A stretch of DNA of 64,000 nt from an uncultured bacterium (GTDB lineage Bacteria; Actinomycetota; Acidimicrobiia; Spongiisociales; UBA5794), in NCBI GenBank assembly GCA_963801165.1, contig CAWDDT010000005.1, positions 320,001 through 384,000 of the forward strand, written 5' to 3'. The position numbers and the translations under genes were made by a program. Positions 27,218 to 36,186 of the stretch are shown here, in pieces (within the stretch, counting starts at the first letter, position 1; every line of letters begins with the position of its first letter). The notes under the pieces were generated by a model. It was not told where the DNA came from and did no database searches. It worked only from the letters and a program-made list of their open reading frames with translations.

Positions 27218-27727
27218 TCAATTCACCAGCTCGAATGCTTCCGGGTAGGTCGCCGGCCCGATCGGCGCCGTAGCCGGATCGCCGAGGATGAGGGCGAGGA
27301 AGTGCGGGCCGCTCTGCCGGCCCGGGTATCGCTTTCCAACCGCGCAAGAGAACCCGAATCGGGAGTAGTACGCGGGATTGCCTACCACCAGGATCACCTG
27401 CTCTTCCCGCTCCCGGAGCACCTCGATCCCGGTGCTTATCAGCTTCGACCCAACCCCTTTGCCCTGACGGTCCGGATCAACAGCAACCGGCGCCAGCGCC
27501 ACTCCGCCGACAGGACCATCGGCCGTGTCGACCGTCAGACGTGAGAACGCCGCGTGCCCGACGACCTCGCCATTCACCGTAGCCACCAGGGAGAGCAGCA
27601 GGTCGCCTGCGGAGCGCAGAGCATCCACCAGCTCGGCCTCCTCGTTGCGACCATCGAAGGCCCGGGTGTTCACCCGATAGATCCACTCGTGCTGATCGGG
27701 CTGCTCCGGTGATACCTGGATCGTCAC
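27218..27727 (-). CDS. GNAT N-acetyltransferase (YhbS-like)
   Basis: EAELVDALR, LAPVAVDPDRQGKGVG, GNPAYYSRFGF; GTG start overlaps upstream stop. Confidence 0.85.
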   Translation of the reverse strand: MTIQVSPEQPDQHEWIYRVNTRAFDGRNEEAELVDALRSAGDLLLSLVATVNGEVVGHAAFSRLTVDTADGPVGGVALAPVAVDPDRQGKGVGSKLISTGIEVLREREEQVILVVGNPAYYSRFGFSCAVGKRYPGRQSGPHFLALILGDPATAPIGPATYPEAFELVN

Positions 27728-27894
27728 CAGGACAACTCCCGGGACCCGGCGGCCGCAACCGTGCCTCCGATGGAGGCGCTCTTGCCCTCCCAAACCAACT
27801 CGATCCGGCTGGGATGGCCGATCTCCTCGCCCTGGTCGATCGTGGTGCCGCCGTCGCGGGTGAAGACGCGGAGTACCGAGCAGGGTCGTGACAT
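27724..27894 (-). pseudogene. phzF: PhzF-family gene with large in-frame internal deletion (56 aa), not in ORF track
   Basis: MSRPCSVLRVFTRDGG-TTIDQGEEIGHPSRIELVWEGKSASIGGTV...: PhzF-like N-terminus joined directly to PhzF-like C-terminus. Confidence 0.7.
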
Positions 27895-27943
27895 GGCCCA
27901 AGAGTACCGGAAAGACGCTGCTAAGAGCCCTCAGGGCGTCTGC

Positions 27944-28762
27944 TCACGGGGCGCCGGTGGGATCCCATCCAGTGGCCAGGCCCTCGTCGAGAGCATCAAG
28001 CCGTTCCATGTCGTCATCGTCGAGCGTGAAGTCGAACACGGCAAAGTTCTCGGCAATGCGGCTGGCATGCACCGACTTGGGGAGCGCTACGAACCCCTTG
28101 TCGAGTGACCAGCGGATCAGTACCTGCGCCGGCGTCTTGTCGTAGCGGTTGCCGATTTCAGCGAGCACGGGATCGGCGAGCTTACGACCCTTGGTCAACG
28201 GGCTGTACGCCTCGACGACAACACCGAGCTCCCGGCACAGCGCGACGATATCGCGCCTGCTCCGATAGTTATAGGGAGACAGCTCGATCTGGTTGACGGC
28301 GGGGGTCACGGCAGCGTTCTCGACTATCTCCTCGAGATGCTGTGTCATGTAGTTGCACACACCGATGTCACGTACCCGACCGTCGAGGGTCAGCCGCTCG
28401 AGGGCACGCCACGTGTCCAGCCGTCGCTCCGGCACGGGCCAGTGGATCAGGTAGAGATCAACGTAGTCGAGACCGAGTGTTTCGAGGGAGCGATCGAACG
28501 CAGCGAGAGCGTTGTCGTAGCCGTGGTCGTCGTTCCACAGTTTCGTGGTCACAAAGACATCGCTTCTGTCGAGGCCACTCGCCGCGATGGCATCGCCGAC
28601 GTCTGCCTCGTTGTTGTAGATCGATGCCGTGTCAATGAGCCGATACCCGATCCGCAGCGCTTCCAGGACCGCATCCCTGGTGACCACTCCCGGCTCGCTC
28701 TTGTAGACGCCCAGACCGATGGCCGGAATCGAGCGCCGGGACCGCATGGTCAAGGTAGCCAT
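27944..28762 (-). CDS. Aldo/keto reductase (2,5-diketo-gluconate reductase-like)
   Basis: IDTASIYNNE, FVTTKLWN, DLYLIHWP, LPKSVHASRIAEN. Confidence 0.92.
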   Translation of the reverse strand: MATLTMRSRRSIPAIGLGVYKSEPGVVTRDAVLEALRIGYRLIDTASIYNNEADVGDAIAASGLDRSDVFVTTKLWNDDHGYDNALAAFDRSLETLGLDYVDLYLIHWPVPERRLDTWRALERLTLDGRVRDIGVCNYMTQHLEEIVENAAVTPAVNQIELSPYNYRSRRDIVALCRELGVVVEAYSPLTKGRKLADPVLAEIGNRYDKTPAQVLIRWSLDKGFVALPKSVHASRIAENFAVFDFTLDDDDMERLDALDEGLATGWDPTGAP

Positions 28763-28838
28763 GACTCACCCCTTTGTGTTGCCTCCACGCATGACTCTAT
28801 CGAAATGTGCTCCCGGACAGGTGGTAGCGTCACCGACA

Positions 28839-29063
28839 ATGTCAATGACCGAACTGCTCGGGCTGGATGATCTCATGGCGGAGCTGATCGTCGCGGTCGG
28901 TGCGGCCATGGTGCTCGGCAGCGGTTTAGCGATCATCCAGCACGCTCGCGGCAAGCGCCCCGAAGGCGCCGACGGAGAGTTTCGCGCCGGTCGCGTCTCC
29001 TGGCTGCTCACCGTCGGGATGGTCATCACCGTGTGGGGTCTCGCCAGCTTGCTGTCCACCTGA
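28839..29063 (+). CDS. Small 2-TM hypothetical protein
   Basis: Two hydrophobic helices; TAGCGT just upstream of ATG. Confidence 0.6.
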   Translation: MSMTELLGLDDLMAELIVAVGAAMVLGSGLAIIQHARGKRPEGADGEFRAGRVSWLLTVGMVITVWGLASLLST

Positions 29064-29085
29064 TGCGGTTACACTTGTGGCTCCC

Positions 29086-29159
29086 GCGGGTGTAGTTCAA
29101 TGGTAGAACATCAGCTTCCCAAGCTGAATACGGGAGTTCGATTCTCCTCACCCGCTCCA
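29086..29159 (+). tRNA. tRNA-Gly(CCC)
   Basis: GCGGGTG/CACCCGC acceptor stem, TCAGC-TTCCCAA-GCTGA anticodon arm, GTTCGATT T-loop, encoded CCA. Confidence 0.97.
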
Positions 29160-29203
29160 GGTCGAGGCATTCAGGCGGTTTGGTCGAGGCATTCAGGCGG
29201 TTT
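29160..29203. repeat. Perfect 22-bp tandem duplication
   Basis: GGTCGAGGCATTCAGGCGGTTT x2 directly after the tRNA CCA. Confidence 0.9.
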
Positions 29204-29204
29204 G

Positions 29205-29606
29205 ATGGACACCATTGCCACTGTGCGTCACGTCGGCGGAGCCAGGTTCGACGCCACCACCGCCACCGGTCACACGGTGAGGCTCGAGGGTGGTGCCCAT
29301 GAGACCGGGGGCAGCCCGATGGAGATGGTTCTTGCCGCCCTCGGTGGGTGCAGCGCGGTCACCGCCGTCGAGTTCCTGGAAAAGATGCGCCAACCATTCA
29401 CATCGCTCGAGGTCGAGGTGTCGGCGGAGCGGGCAGAGACGACGCCGCGGGTCTACACGAAGATCCATCTGCACTACCGGGTCGGCGGCGAGGTCGACGA
29501 GGACAGGGTGGCGCACGCCATCGCGCTCACCGAGAACAAGTATTGCTCGGTGTACACCATGCTCGAGAAGTCCGCGGAGATGAGCCACGCAATCGAGTTC
29601 GTGTGA
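29205..29606 (+). CDS. OsmC-family protein
   Basis: SPMEMVLAALGGCS and KYCSV cysteine motifs. Confidence 0.9.
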   Translation: MDTIATVRHVGGARFDATTATGHTVRLEGGAHETGGSPMEMVLAALGGCSAVTAVEFLEKMRQPFTSLEVEVSAERAETTPRVYTKIHLHYRVGGEVDEDRVAHAIALTENKYCSVYTMLEKSAEMSHAIEFV

Positions 29607-29636
29607 CCGAGTTCTTGTGACCGAGTTCTTGTGACC
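29603..29636. repeat. 14-bp tandem duplication
   Basis: GTGACCGAGTTCTT x2 + GTGACC spanning the OsmC stop. Confidence 0.85.
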
Positions 29637-29675
29637 ACCGGCCCCGGCCGGAGCGGTCTTACTACCATCCCGGAC

Positions 29676-30248
29676 ATGGTTTTCTCGGACCGCACCATCA
29701 AGGAAGCAGTCGCCGCCGGCCGAATCTTCATCGACCCCTACGACGAGAGCATGGTCCAGCCGTCGAGCATCGACCTCCGTTGCGATTCGACTTTCCTGGT
29801 ATTCGAGAACCATCGGTACCCGCTCATCGATCCCAAGGCACCACAGGACGACTTGACGCATGCGGTCGGGGCCACGGAGGATCACCCTTTCATCCTCCAT
29901 CCCGGCGAGTTCGTGCTGGGGTCGACCATGGAGGTGGTCGGTCTGGCAGCCGACGTCGTCGCCCGGCTGGAAGGCAAGTCCAGCCTGGGGAGAATTGGAT
30001 TGCTCATCCACTCGACAGCCGGCTTTATCGACCCAGGGTTCCGGGGTCAGGTGACCCTCGAACTGTCCAACGTCGCCAACCTACCCATCGCCATTTACCC
30101 GGGGATGAAGATCGGGCAGATCTCGTTCTACCAGCTGAGCACCCCTGCGGAACATCCGTACGGATCACCGGGTGCAGGCTCGAAGTACCAGGGTCAGAGC
30201 GGACCCACTCCATCACGCATCCACCGCGATTTCGGAGGCAGGGAATGA
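29676..30248 (+). CDS. dcd: dCTP deaminase
   Basis: [40 protein letters not shown]. Confidence 0.95.
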   Translation: MVFSDRTIKEAVAAGRIFIDPYDESMVQPSSIDLRCDSTFLVFENHRYPLIDPKAPQDDLTHAVGATEDHPFILHPGEFVLGSTMEVVGLAADVVARLEGKSSLGRIGLLIHSTAGFIDPGFRGQVTLELSNVANLPIAIYPGMKIGQISFYQLSTPAEHPYGSPGAGSKYQGQSGPTPSRIHRDFGGRE

Positions 30249-30601
30249 CCGTCCCGGCACACGTCGGTGCGGTCATGATCGACTGCAACGATCTCGATTC
30301 CATGGTCGCGTTCTGGGGAGAGATCCTGGGACTAGAGCCGAAGGTCCGCTACCCGGGCTACGTCTTCATGAGCAGGGTCAGCGCTGGAGGACCGGCGCTG
30401 GCGTTTCAGAAGGTCGCTGAGCCGCGGGTCGGCAAGAACCGGATCCACCTTGATCTCACCGCAGCCGACCTGGCCGCGCTCATCACCAGGATCATCGAGC
30501 TGGGTGGCAGCCGGGTCGAAGACCACGAGATGGAAGGCTTCCACTGGACGGTCCTCTCCGACCCGGAGGGCAACGTCTTCTGCGTCAGTGCAGCGGAGTG
30601 A
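30245..30601 (+). CDS. VOC/glyoxalase-family protein
   Basis: [28 protein letters not shown]; ATGA overlap. Confidence 0.88.
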   Translation: MTVPAHVGAVMIDCNDLDSMVAFWGEILGLEPKVRYPGYVFMSRVSAGGPALAFQKVAEPRVGKNRIHLDLTAADLAALITRIIELGGSRVEDHEMEGFHWTVLSDPEGNVFCVSAAE

Positions 30602-30619
30602 GCCGGCGCCGCGGTTCAC

Positions 30620-30662
30620 AAGGCCCCCATCGCCTTCGCTTCGCTCGGCACTTCCCCCATAG
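30620..30662. repeat. Intergenic repeat family B, copy 2
   Basis: AAGGCCCCCATCGCCTTCGCTTCGCTCGGCACTTCCCCCATAG, similar to 13590-13633. Confidence 0.6.
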
Positions 30663-30684
30663 CAGGAAGGAATTGCAGACCCCC

Positions 30685-30730
30685 GCTGAGTTCGGCCGAA
30701 GGCCGAACTCCAACCTGAACGGCCCCAGGC
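30685..30730 (-). repeat. Family A REP-like palindrome, inverted copy
   Basis: Minus strand TCAGGTT-GGAGTTCGGCC-TTC-GGCCGAACTCAGC matches the 9180/9242 copies. Confidence 0.8.
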
Positions 30731-30733
30731 CGT

Positions 30734-31987
30734 TCAGGCGTCGTCCCCCGCCAGCAGCTGGCTCCGACCGTGGGTCCACGGTCGCTCCGGGTCGCTGAGC
30801 AGCAGCTGGTAGACACTGATCGCTGCTCGATCGAAAGCAACCGCCGAACCCGCCATGTACAACCTCCAGATCCGATAGGTCTGCTCCGACGTCGCCGCCA
30901 GGGCCGCGTCACGGGTCTTCTCGAGGTTGCTCACCCAATGCTGGAGCGTGAGTGCATAGCTCGCCCGCAGCGACTCGAGGTCACGCAGCTCGAACCCGGC
31001 GTCCTCGGCGGCGCTGATCACCTCGTCGATCGTGGTCAACTCACTATCCGGAAACACGTAGGTGCTGACGAATGTGGGCTTAGTCCGTCCTCGTTTTCGG
31101 CCGCGGGTCACGATCCCGTGGTTCAACAGCTGCCCGCCGGGAACGAGCGACTTGCGGAGGATGCCGAAGTACCGCGGCAGCTCCTTGAGACCTACATGCT
31201 CGACCATCCCCACTGAGGCGATGGCGTCGTATCTCTCCTTGATGTCCCGGTAGTCCTTGACCTCGATCGATGCCCGCCCCTGGAAACCCTCGGCATCGAT
31301 ACGCTGTCTGGCGATCGCCGCCTGCTCTGCGCTCAACGTGAGCCCGGTGGCGGTGACGCCGTACTCGCGCACCGCGTGCATCACGAGGGCGCCCCATCCA
31401 CACCCGACGTCGAGCAACCGCATCCCGGGAGCGAGACGGAGCTTGCGACATATGAGGTCGAGCTTGCGTCGCTGTGCCTCATCGAGAGTGTCCATCGGGC
31501 TCAGGAAGGCGGCGCTCGAGTACACCATCTCCTTGCCTAGAAACAGGCGGAAGAACTCGTTTCCCGTGTCGTAGTGGTGGGTGACCGCCGCTCGATCACG
31601 ACGTTTCGAATGCAGCATCCCCCGGAACCGCGGCTGTTCGGCATCCGCACGCTTGACGTCCTCCGGTAGCCGGCGCAGAAGACTCAGCAAGCGGGCGATG
31701 GTGACGGGGCCTTTCCTGGCCTCGGAAAGGGTCGCCCCCCACCGCAGCAGCGAGTACAGATCTCCCTCGAAATCGACGTCGCCATAGATATAGGCCTCCG
31801 CGGCCGACAGATCGTTTGGTGGCAGCAGCATTGACCGCAAGGCCCCGGGCCTGTTGAGCGCGATGGTCGCCGGCGCGTGCCGCGGGCCCCACTCCTCACC
31901 GGTCCATGCTCGCATCCTGGGGACGGGAGCACCGCCCACTCTGGCGAGGAGGCCGTAGACACGACGCGAGATCTCCAGCTCGTCCAT
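30734..31987 (-). CDS. cfa: Cyclopropane-fatty-acyl-phospholipid synthase family methyltransferase
   Basis: HHYDTGNEFF, LLDVGCGWG, SVGMVEHVG, YVFPD, WRLYMA. Confidence 0.9.
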   Translation of the reverse strand: MDELEISRRVYGLLARVGGAPVPRMRAWTGEEWGPRHAPATIALNRPGALRSMLLPPNDLSAAEAYIYGDVDFEGDLYSLLRWGATLSEARKGPVTIARLLSLLRRLPEDVKRADAEQPRFRGMLHSKRRDRAAVTHHYDTGNEFFRLFLGKEMVYSSAAFLSPMDTLDEAQRRKLDLICRKLRLAPGMRLLDVGCGWGALVMHAVREYGVTATGLTLSAEQAAIARQRIDAEGFQGRASIEVKDYRDIKERYDAIASVGMVEHVGLKELPRYFGILRKSLVPGGQLLNHGIVTRGRKRGRTKPTFVSTYVFPDSELTTIDEVISAAEDAGFELRDLESLRASYALTLQHWVSNLEKTRDAALAATSEQTYRIWRLYMAGSAVAFDRAAISVYQLLLSDPERPWTHGRSQLLAGDDA

Positions 31988-32129
31988 GACAACCCAGCAT
32001 ATCGCCTTGTAGCACGCATATGGCACGAGAGCGATAGTCCCGGGAAACACCGGCGACGCTACGATCGGTCGTCATGCCATCATCGCTACCGGTTCCCTCC
32101 ATCCCGATCGGTTCCCCGAGGTCCCGGCT

Positions 32130-32846
32130 GTGATCTGGCTCGTCGCAGTGGCGGCTCTCCTGCTCGGCTTCAACAAGGCCGGTTTCGCCGGAACACTCGG
32201 ACCGTTCGTCACGGTGATCATGGTCCTGGCGATGCCGGCCGACCAAGCGGTCGGTCTGCTGCTACCGATGCTGATTGCGGCCGACAGCTTCTCGGTGGCC
32301 GCCTACTGGCGACAGTGGGAGACCAAACTGTTGTGGCCATTATTGGCAGCCGCGGCTGTCGGCATCGCGGCGGGCACGTTCGTCATCTCTCACATCAGCG
32401 AGGACGCGCTACGACGTCTCATTGCCATCGCTCTCCTGCTGTTCGCCGTCATCTACGTCAAACAGCGAGGGGTGCGCATTCCCCAGCACCACCATCGTCA
32501 GTGGGCGATGGTTGCCGGCACCACCGCCGGCTTCACCTCGTCGATTGCCCATGCCGGGGGCCCGCCGATAATCGTGTACCTGATGGGCGTGGGTCTCGAG
32601 CCGAAGCGGTTTGTCGGCACGACAGTTGCGTTGTTCGCGATGATCAACCTTCTCAAGGTGCCGGGCTATCTGCTTGCCGGACTCATCGATGGGCACCTGA
32701 TCCTGACGACGATCTGGGGATGGCTGCTGATCCCCGTCGGTGTCGCCCTGGGTCGGCTGCTCATAGGCCGCATCGATCGAACCCGGTTCGAGCGGATCAC
32801 TTTCGGGTTGCTCGTCGTCGGGGCGCTTGCGCTACTCGTGTTCTAA
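32130..32846 (+). CDS. TauE/SafE sulfite exporter family membrane protein
   Basis: GFNKAGFAG, GLLLPML, HAGGPP, FVGT motifs; about 8 TM segments. Confidence 0.85.
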   Translation: MIWLVAVAALLLGFNKAGFAGTLGPFVTVIMVLAMPADQAVGLLLPMLIAADSFSVAAYWRQWETKLLWPLLAAAAVGIAAGTFVISHISEDALRRLIAIALLLFAVIYVKQRGVRIPQHHHRQWAMVAGTTAGFTSSIAHAGGPPIIVYLMGVGLEPKRFVGTTVALFAMINLLKVPGYLLAGLIDGHLILTTIWGWLLIPVGVALGRLLIGRIDRTRFERITFGLLVVGALALLVF

Positions 32847-32936
32847 CCCAATGCCGGCGAGCCCGCGTACTGTGATCAGCCGACGGTGGAGGATCAGCTT
32901 CCTGAAGCCCGGGGCAAATCGAGCGATGCGCACGTC

Positions 32937-33767
32937 TCATTGCGGGCTCAGACTATGCGCTTCTCGTGTTGCGACGGCATCGCCGAGCGTCAAGGTCTCT
33001 CCTTGCCGGGCGACCACAGCCCAACCGGGGAGCGATCTCCCGATCTCATCGAGCTCGTCGTCTGTCCTGGCAGGGTCGTGGTGGAAGACGACGAGACGCC
33101 TGACTTCCATCGACGCGGCGAGCCGGACCGCACGCTCGACTGTCGTGTGGCCGAGGTACGCGGTCGTCGGGAATTCTGCGTCGCGATGCTGCCCGTCATG
33201 AATAAGCAGGTCAACGCCGCGGCACAGCTCGCCGACTTCCCGGGTCGGCGAGCTGTCGAAGGCGTGATCGGGCAAATACGCGATCGCCTGCCCGTCGGCC
33301 TCAACGCGGTAACCGAGCGTGAGCCCTCCCTTGTGCGGCACGGGCAGCGCCAGTATCTCGAAACCCTCGCGGCGACACAGTCTCTCTCTTGCCTCGAACT
33401 CCCACGCGCCGCGGAGACCTCCCGGTCCGATAGGGAAATGGGGTGGCCCGAGGATTTGCCGTAGAACGCTGCGGACCGGGATACCCTCGGTCGGTGCTAC
33501 CAGGGTCACCCGGGCCTCAGGGTGGTCGAGCTGGGTAGCAAACGGGATCCCATGGGTGTGGTCCCAATGCCAATGGGTCAGCAGCACCGTACCGTGGAAC
33601 GGGCGGCTTCTCTCGAGGTTGCGTAGACCCGTGCCGGCGTCGAGCAGCAGCGATGGTTCTTCCCCGTCGCGAGCGATCGCGACCGCCGCGGTATCACCGC
33701 CGTAGCGACTGAACGCGGCCCCCGTCGCCGGGAATGAGCCCCGGCAACCGAGAAGACCGACCTTCAT
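32937..33767 (-). CDS. MBL-fold metallo-hydrolase (RNase Z/phosphodiesterase-like)
   Basis: LGCRGSFP, YGGDT, LDAGTG, THWHWDHTHG, LIHDGQ, GHTT, FHHDP; ATGA overlap with upstream gene. Confidence 0.88.
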   Translation of the reverse strand: MKVGLLGCRGSFPATGAAFSRYGGDTAAVAIARDGEEPSLLLDAGTGLRNLERSRPFHGTVLLTHWHWDHTHGIPFATQLDHPEARVTLVAPTEGIPVRSVLRQILGPPHFPIGPGGLRGAWEFEARERLCRREGFEILALPVPHKGGLTLGYRVEADGQAIAYLPDHAFDSSPTREVGELCRGVDLLIHDGQHRDAEFPTTAYLGHTTVERAVRLAASMEVRRLVVFHHDPARTDDELDEIGRSLPGWAVVARQGETLTLGDAVATREAHSLSPQ

Positions 33768-34747
33768 GGGTGTTCCCGGTGGTGACCGGCAGCCACATGG
33801 CCCAATGCCTCCGGATCGAGGCGGCCCGGTCTTGCCACCGCCACCTTGACCTCCGTGGTGGCTCGGACCGTCGAGGTACGGAACCCTCTCTCGAGCGCTG
33901 CCCGCTCGCCGATGATTGCTCCCGGAGCGACTGCACCCACCACCACCCCGTCGACGGACACGTCGACCATCCCGTCGAGCAGCAAGAACACCTCGTCGGC
34001 CCGCTCGCCCTGGGTCGTCAATGCCGTGCCCGCAGGATGGGTTCTGATCTCGCACCCGCCGCTCATTATCTCGACCGAAAGCCCGCGTTCAACCGCCGTC
34101 TCGACGCCACCCACCAGCACCGGCCGATCACCCCCGCCCCACGGGGTGTGCTCGTTGTTGGTACCGGACCATGCGGAGAAGTCGATGAGCCCGCTTTTGG
34201 CAACCAACTCGCCCACCTCGTCGTAGACCCAATGCCGGGGGAACGGGGAGGCCCCAACGATCTCGTGGCTCACTGCACCATCGCGTCCGATGGTCAACGC
34301 CAGAGTCGTCCATGCGGTGGGAGCGATGATCCTGAGAAATGGCGCCTCGCTGGACCGGCGAGGAAACGGCGCTCCGGTGCGTCCACCGGCGGACTGGACG
34401 AAGCGAACACCGTTTGGTGTGATCTCGGGCTCGGCCCGCAGATCGGGGAAAGCAGTGGCCTTGACGGTCAACGCCACCGGACCGACCTTCAGCTTGGTCA
34501 CACCGATGATCCCTCCTCCGGTGTAGCCGGCGTCGCTGACCCGATCGCCATCCATCTCGACGTATGCGGACAAGCGGTTGGCGAAGCGGAAGCGGTCGGT
34601 TCGAGCCAGCTCGTCGAGATCGGTCAATCGTGCCGGTGGTGCCTCGTCGTAGTGGCCGATACCGATGTCCATGGGGATCCGCATCGGACCGCTCACGGCC
34701 TCAGACGGGATCCACGAGATCGTGGTAACCGATGCCTCGTATCTCAT
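33764..34747 (-). CDS. Cyclic-nucleotide-binding domain protein with unknown N-terminal domain
   Basis: C-terminal QGE..D.VFLLLDG...GERAALERGFRTSTVRA; RBS GGAGG before ATG 34747. Confidence 0.85.
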   Translation of the reverse strand: MRYEASVTTISWIPSEAVSGPMRIPMDIGIGHYDEAPPARLTDLDELARTDRFRFANRLSAYVEMDGDRVSDAGYTGGGIIGVTKLKVGPVALTVKATAFPDLRAEPEITPNGVRFVQSAGGRTGAPFPRRSSEAPFLRIIAPTAWTTLALTIGRDGAVSHEIVGASPFPRHWVYDEVGELVAKSGLIDFSAWSGTNNEHTPWGGGDRPVLVGGVETAVERGLSVEIMSGGCEIRTHPAGTALTTQGERADEVFLLLDGMVDVSVDGVVVGAVAPGAIIGERAALERGFRTSTVRATTEVKVAVARPGRLDPEALGHVAAGHHREHP

Positions 34748-34767
34748 TGCACCTCCAGATCCTCCTC

Positions 34768-34809
34768 CGATCGCAGTTCCTCGCGCGATCGCAATTCCTC
34801 CGGCGATCG
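34768..34809. repeat. 18-bp periodic repeat upstream of cNMP-binding gene
   Basis: CGATCGCAGTTCCTC (34768), CGATCGCAATTCCTC (34786), CGATCG (34804). Confidence 0.7.
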
Positions 34810-34855
34810 TCGAGCACATGGCCCTTTGCCGTAACCGTGGTGGCCACAAGAGGAG

Positions 34856-34873
34856 GGTGTGGGATTCCTCACC
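34856..34873. promoter_or_regulatory. Putative response-regulator operator GGTGTGG-N4-CCTCACC
   Basis: Near-palindrome in the divergent promoter region, matching 44066-44083. Confidence 0.55.
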
Positions 34874-34955
34874 ATTCGATTCGAGGTGCCACGGTTCCCG
34901 CGCCCCGGCGGCGTCGGCATGGTGAGGAGGTGTCGAGTAGTCGAAGGAGGTTTTC

Positions 34956-35744
34956 ATGGCACATGCGATTGAAGCAACAGCCGAATCGTCGATCCGGTCC
35001 CTGGTCACGCGCATCGCCGCCGGATTGATCGCGATGTTGGTTCTGGTCGGTCTCGGGTCGGCACCTGCGCTCATCGCCGGGTTCACCGACAGATCGGACG
35101 TTCATGCGTTTCACGGGTTTGAGTGGGGTACGCTGGCGGGTGTTCTGTTCGGTGGTTCGCTGCTCATCGTCGCAGTGAGCGCCGACCACTCGCAGGCTGC
35201 CGTGCGGGCGGCGCTGGCAATCGGCGTCACCTTCCTGGTGGTGGCCGTACTGGCCCGGGTCGTAGGACCCGACACGTTGAGCCCGCTGGTGCTGGCAACT
35301 GTCGTCGCGCTGCTCGGCGGTCTTCCTCTTCTCGCCGGGAACTGGCGGCCCCGCTCGCTCCCCCTCGCTCTGATGTCGCTGGCAGCGTTCGTCGCAGGGG
35401 TGATCAACGCCGCTGTCGAGATCGGCTTCCAACTGGACCGTGTCGATGTGCACTCCGCCGAGCTCCACTACGCCGGCTCCGCTGTGGTCCTTCTGGCCAT
35501 CCCCATCGTCGCATACATCGTGGCGACTCTGCCTGACGGCTACCGGCCGGTGACGTGGCTGGTCGGCTCTGCGGCGACCCTGCTTGGTCTGGGATCGTTG
35601 CTGATCCAGCGCACCGGTGCTTTTGCGGCACTACCTGCCGTGCTCATGATCGTGTGGGGGGTGGCGTTCGTCGCCATCGCCCACTCCGTGCATACGAACG
35701 CCGCGGCCGCTGCCGCCGGCTGGGGGGAGTCCCACAATGCATGA
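34956..35744 (+). CDS. Hypothetical multi-TM protein with His motifs
   Basis: RBS AAGGAGG; about 8 TM segments; HAFH and HSAELH. Confidence 0.75.
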   Translation: MAHAIEATAESSIRSLVTRIAAGLIAMLVLVGLGSAPALIAGFTDRSDVHAFHGFEWGTLAGVLFGGSLLIVAVSADHSQAAVRAALAIGVTFLVVAVLARVVGPDTLSPLVLATVVALLGGLPLLAGNWRPRSLPLALMSLAAFVAGVINAAVEIGFQLDRVDVHSAELHYAGSAVVLLAIPIVAYIVATLPDGYRPVTWLVGSAATLLGLGSLLIQRTGAFAALPAVLMIVWGVAFVAIAHSVHTNAAAAAAGWGESHNA

Positions 35745-36186
35745 ATTGCTCGTAGTCATCCACGTAATCGCCGCCATGGCGTGGGTCGGTGGAGGTCTTT
35801 ACTCGACGGTGATGTCACAGAAGGCGCTCAGCACCGGTGAGGGATTCGACTTTGTCGCCGCCCAAGCAGAACGCGCTGGTACTCGTCTATTCGCCCCGGC
35901 TTCCGTCCTGGTATTGCTGAGCGGGATCTCGATCGTGCTCACCACCGAATCGTGGCGATTCGGGCAGACATTTGTATGGTCCAGCCTCATACTCGCCGCC
36001 GTTTCATTCATCATCGGAGGCGCGTTCTACGGCCCCACCTGGAAGAAAGTCCGCCATCTCCAGCTCGAGAAGCCCGATAGCCCACAGCTCGTGGCGCTGC
36101 GCCGTCGGGTCATGAGCGTGACCCGGCTCGACACGGCGATCCTGGTCACCGTCGTCGTGCTGATGGTGACCAAGCCGGGGCTGTGA
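35737..36186 (+). CDS. DUF2269-like membrane protein
   Basis: HVIAAMAWVGG N-terminus, LMVTKP C-terminus, 4 TM segments. Confidence 0.75.
   Translation: MHELLVVIHVIAAMAWVGGGLYSTVMSQKALSTGEGFDFVAAQAERAGTRLFAPASVLVLLSGISIVLTTESWRFGQTFVWSSLILAAVSFIIGGAFYGPTWKKVRHLQLEKPDSPQLVALRRRVMSVTRLDTAILVTVVVLMVTKPGL

Noticed and set aside
29086-29204. tRNA-Gly as attachment site of an island, and the OsmC start at 29100
   Set aside because: No integrase or repeated tRNA 3' end noticed, and housekeeping genes follow; the 29100 start lies inside the tRNA
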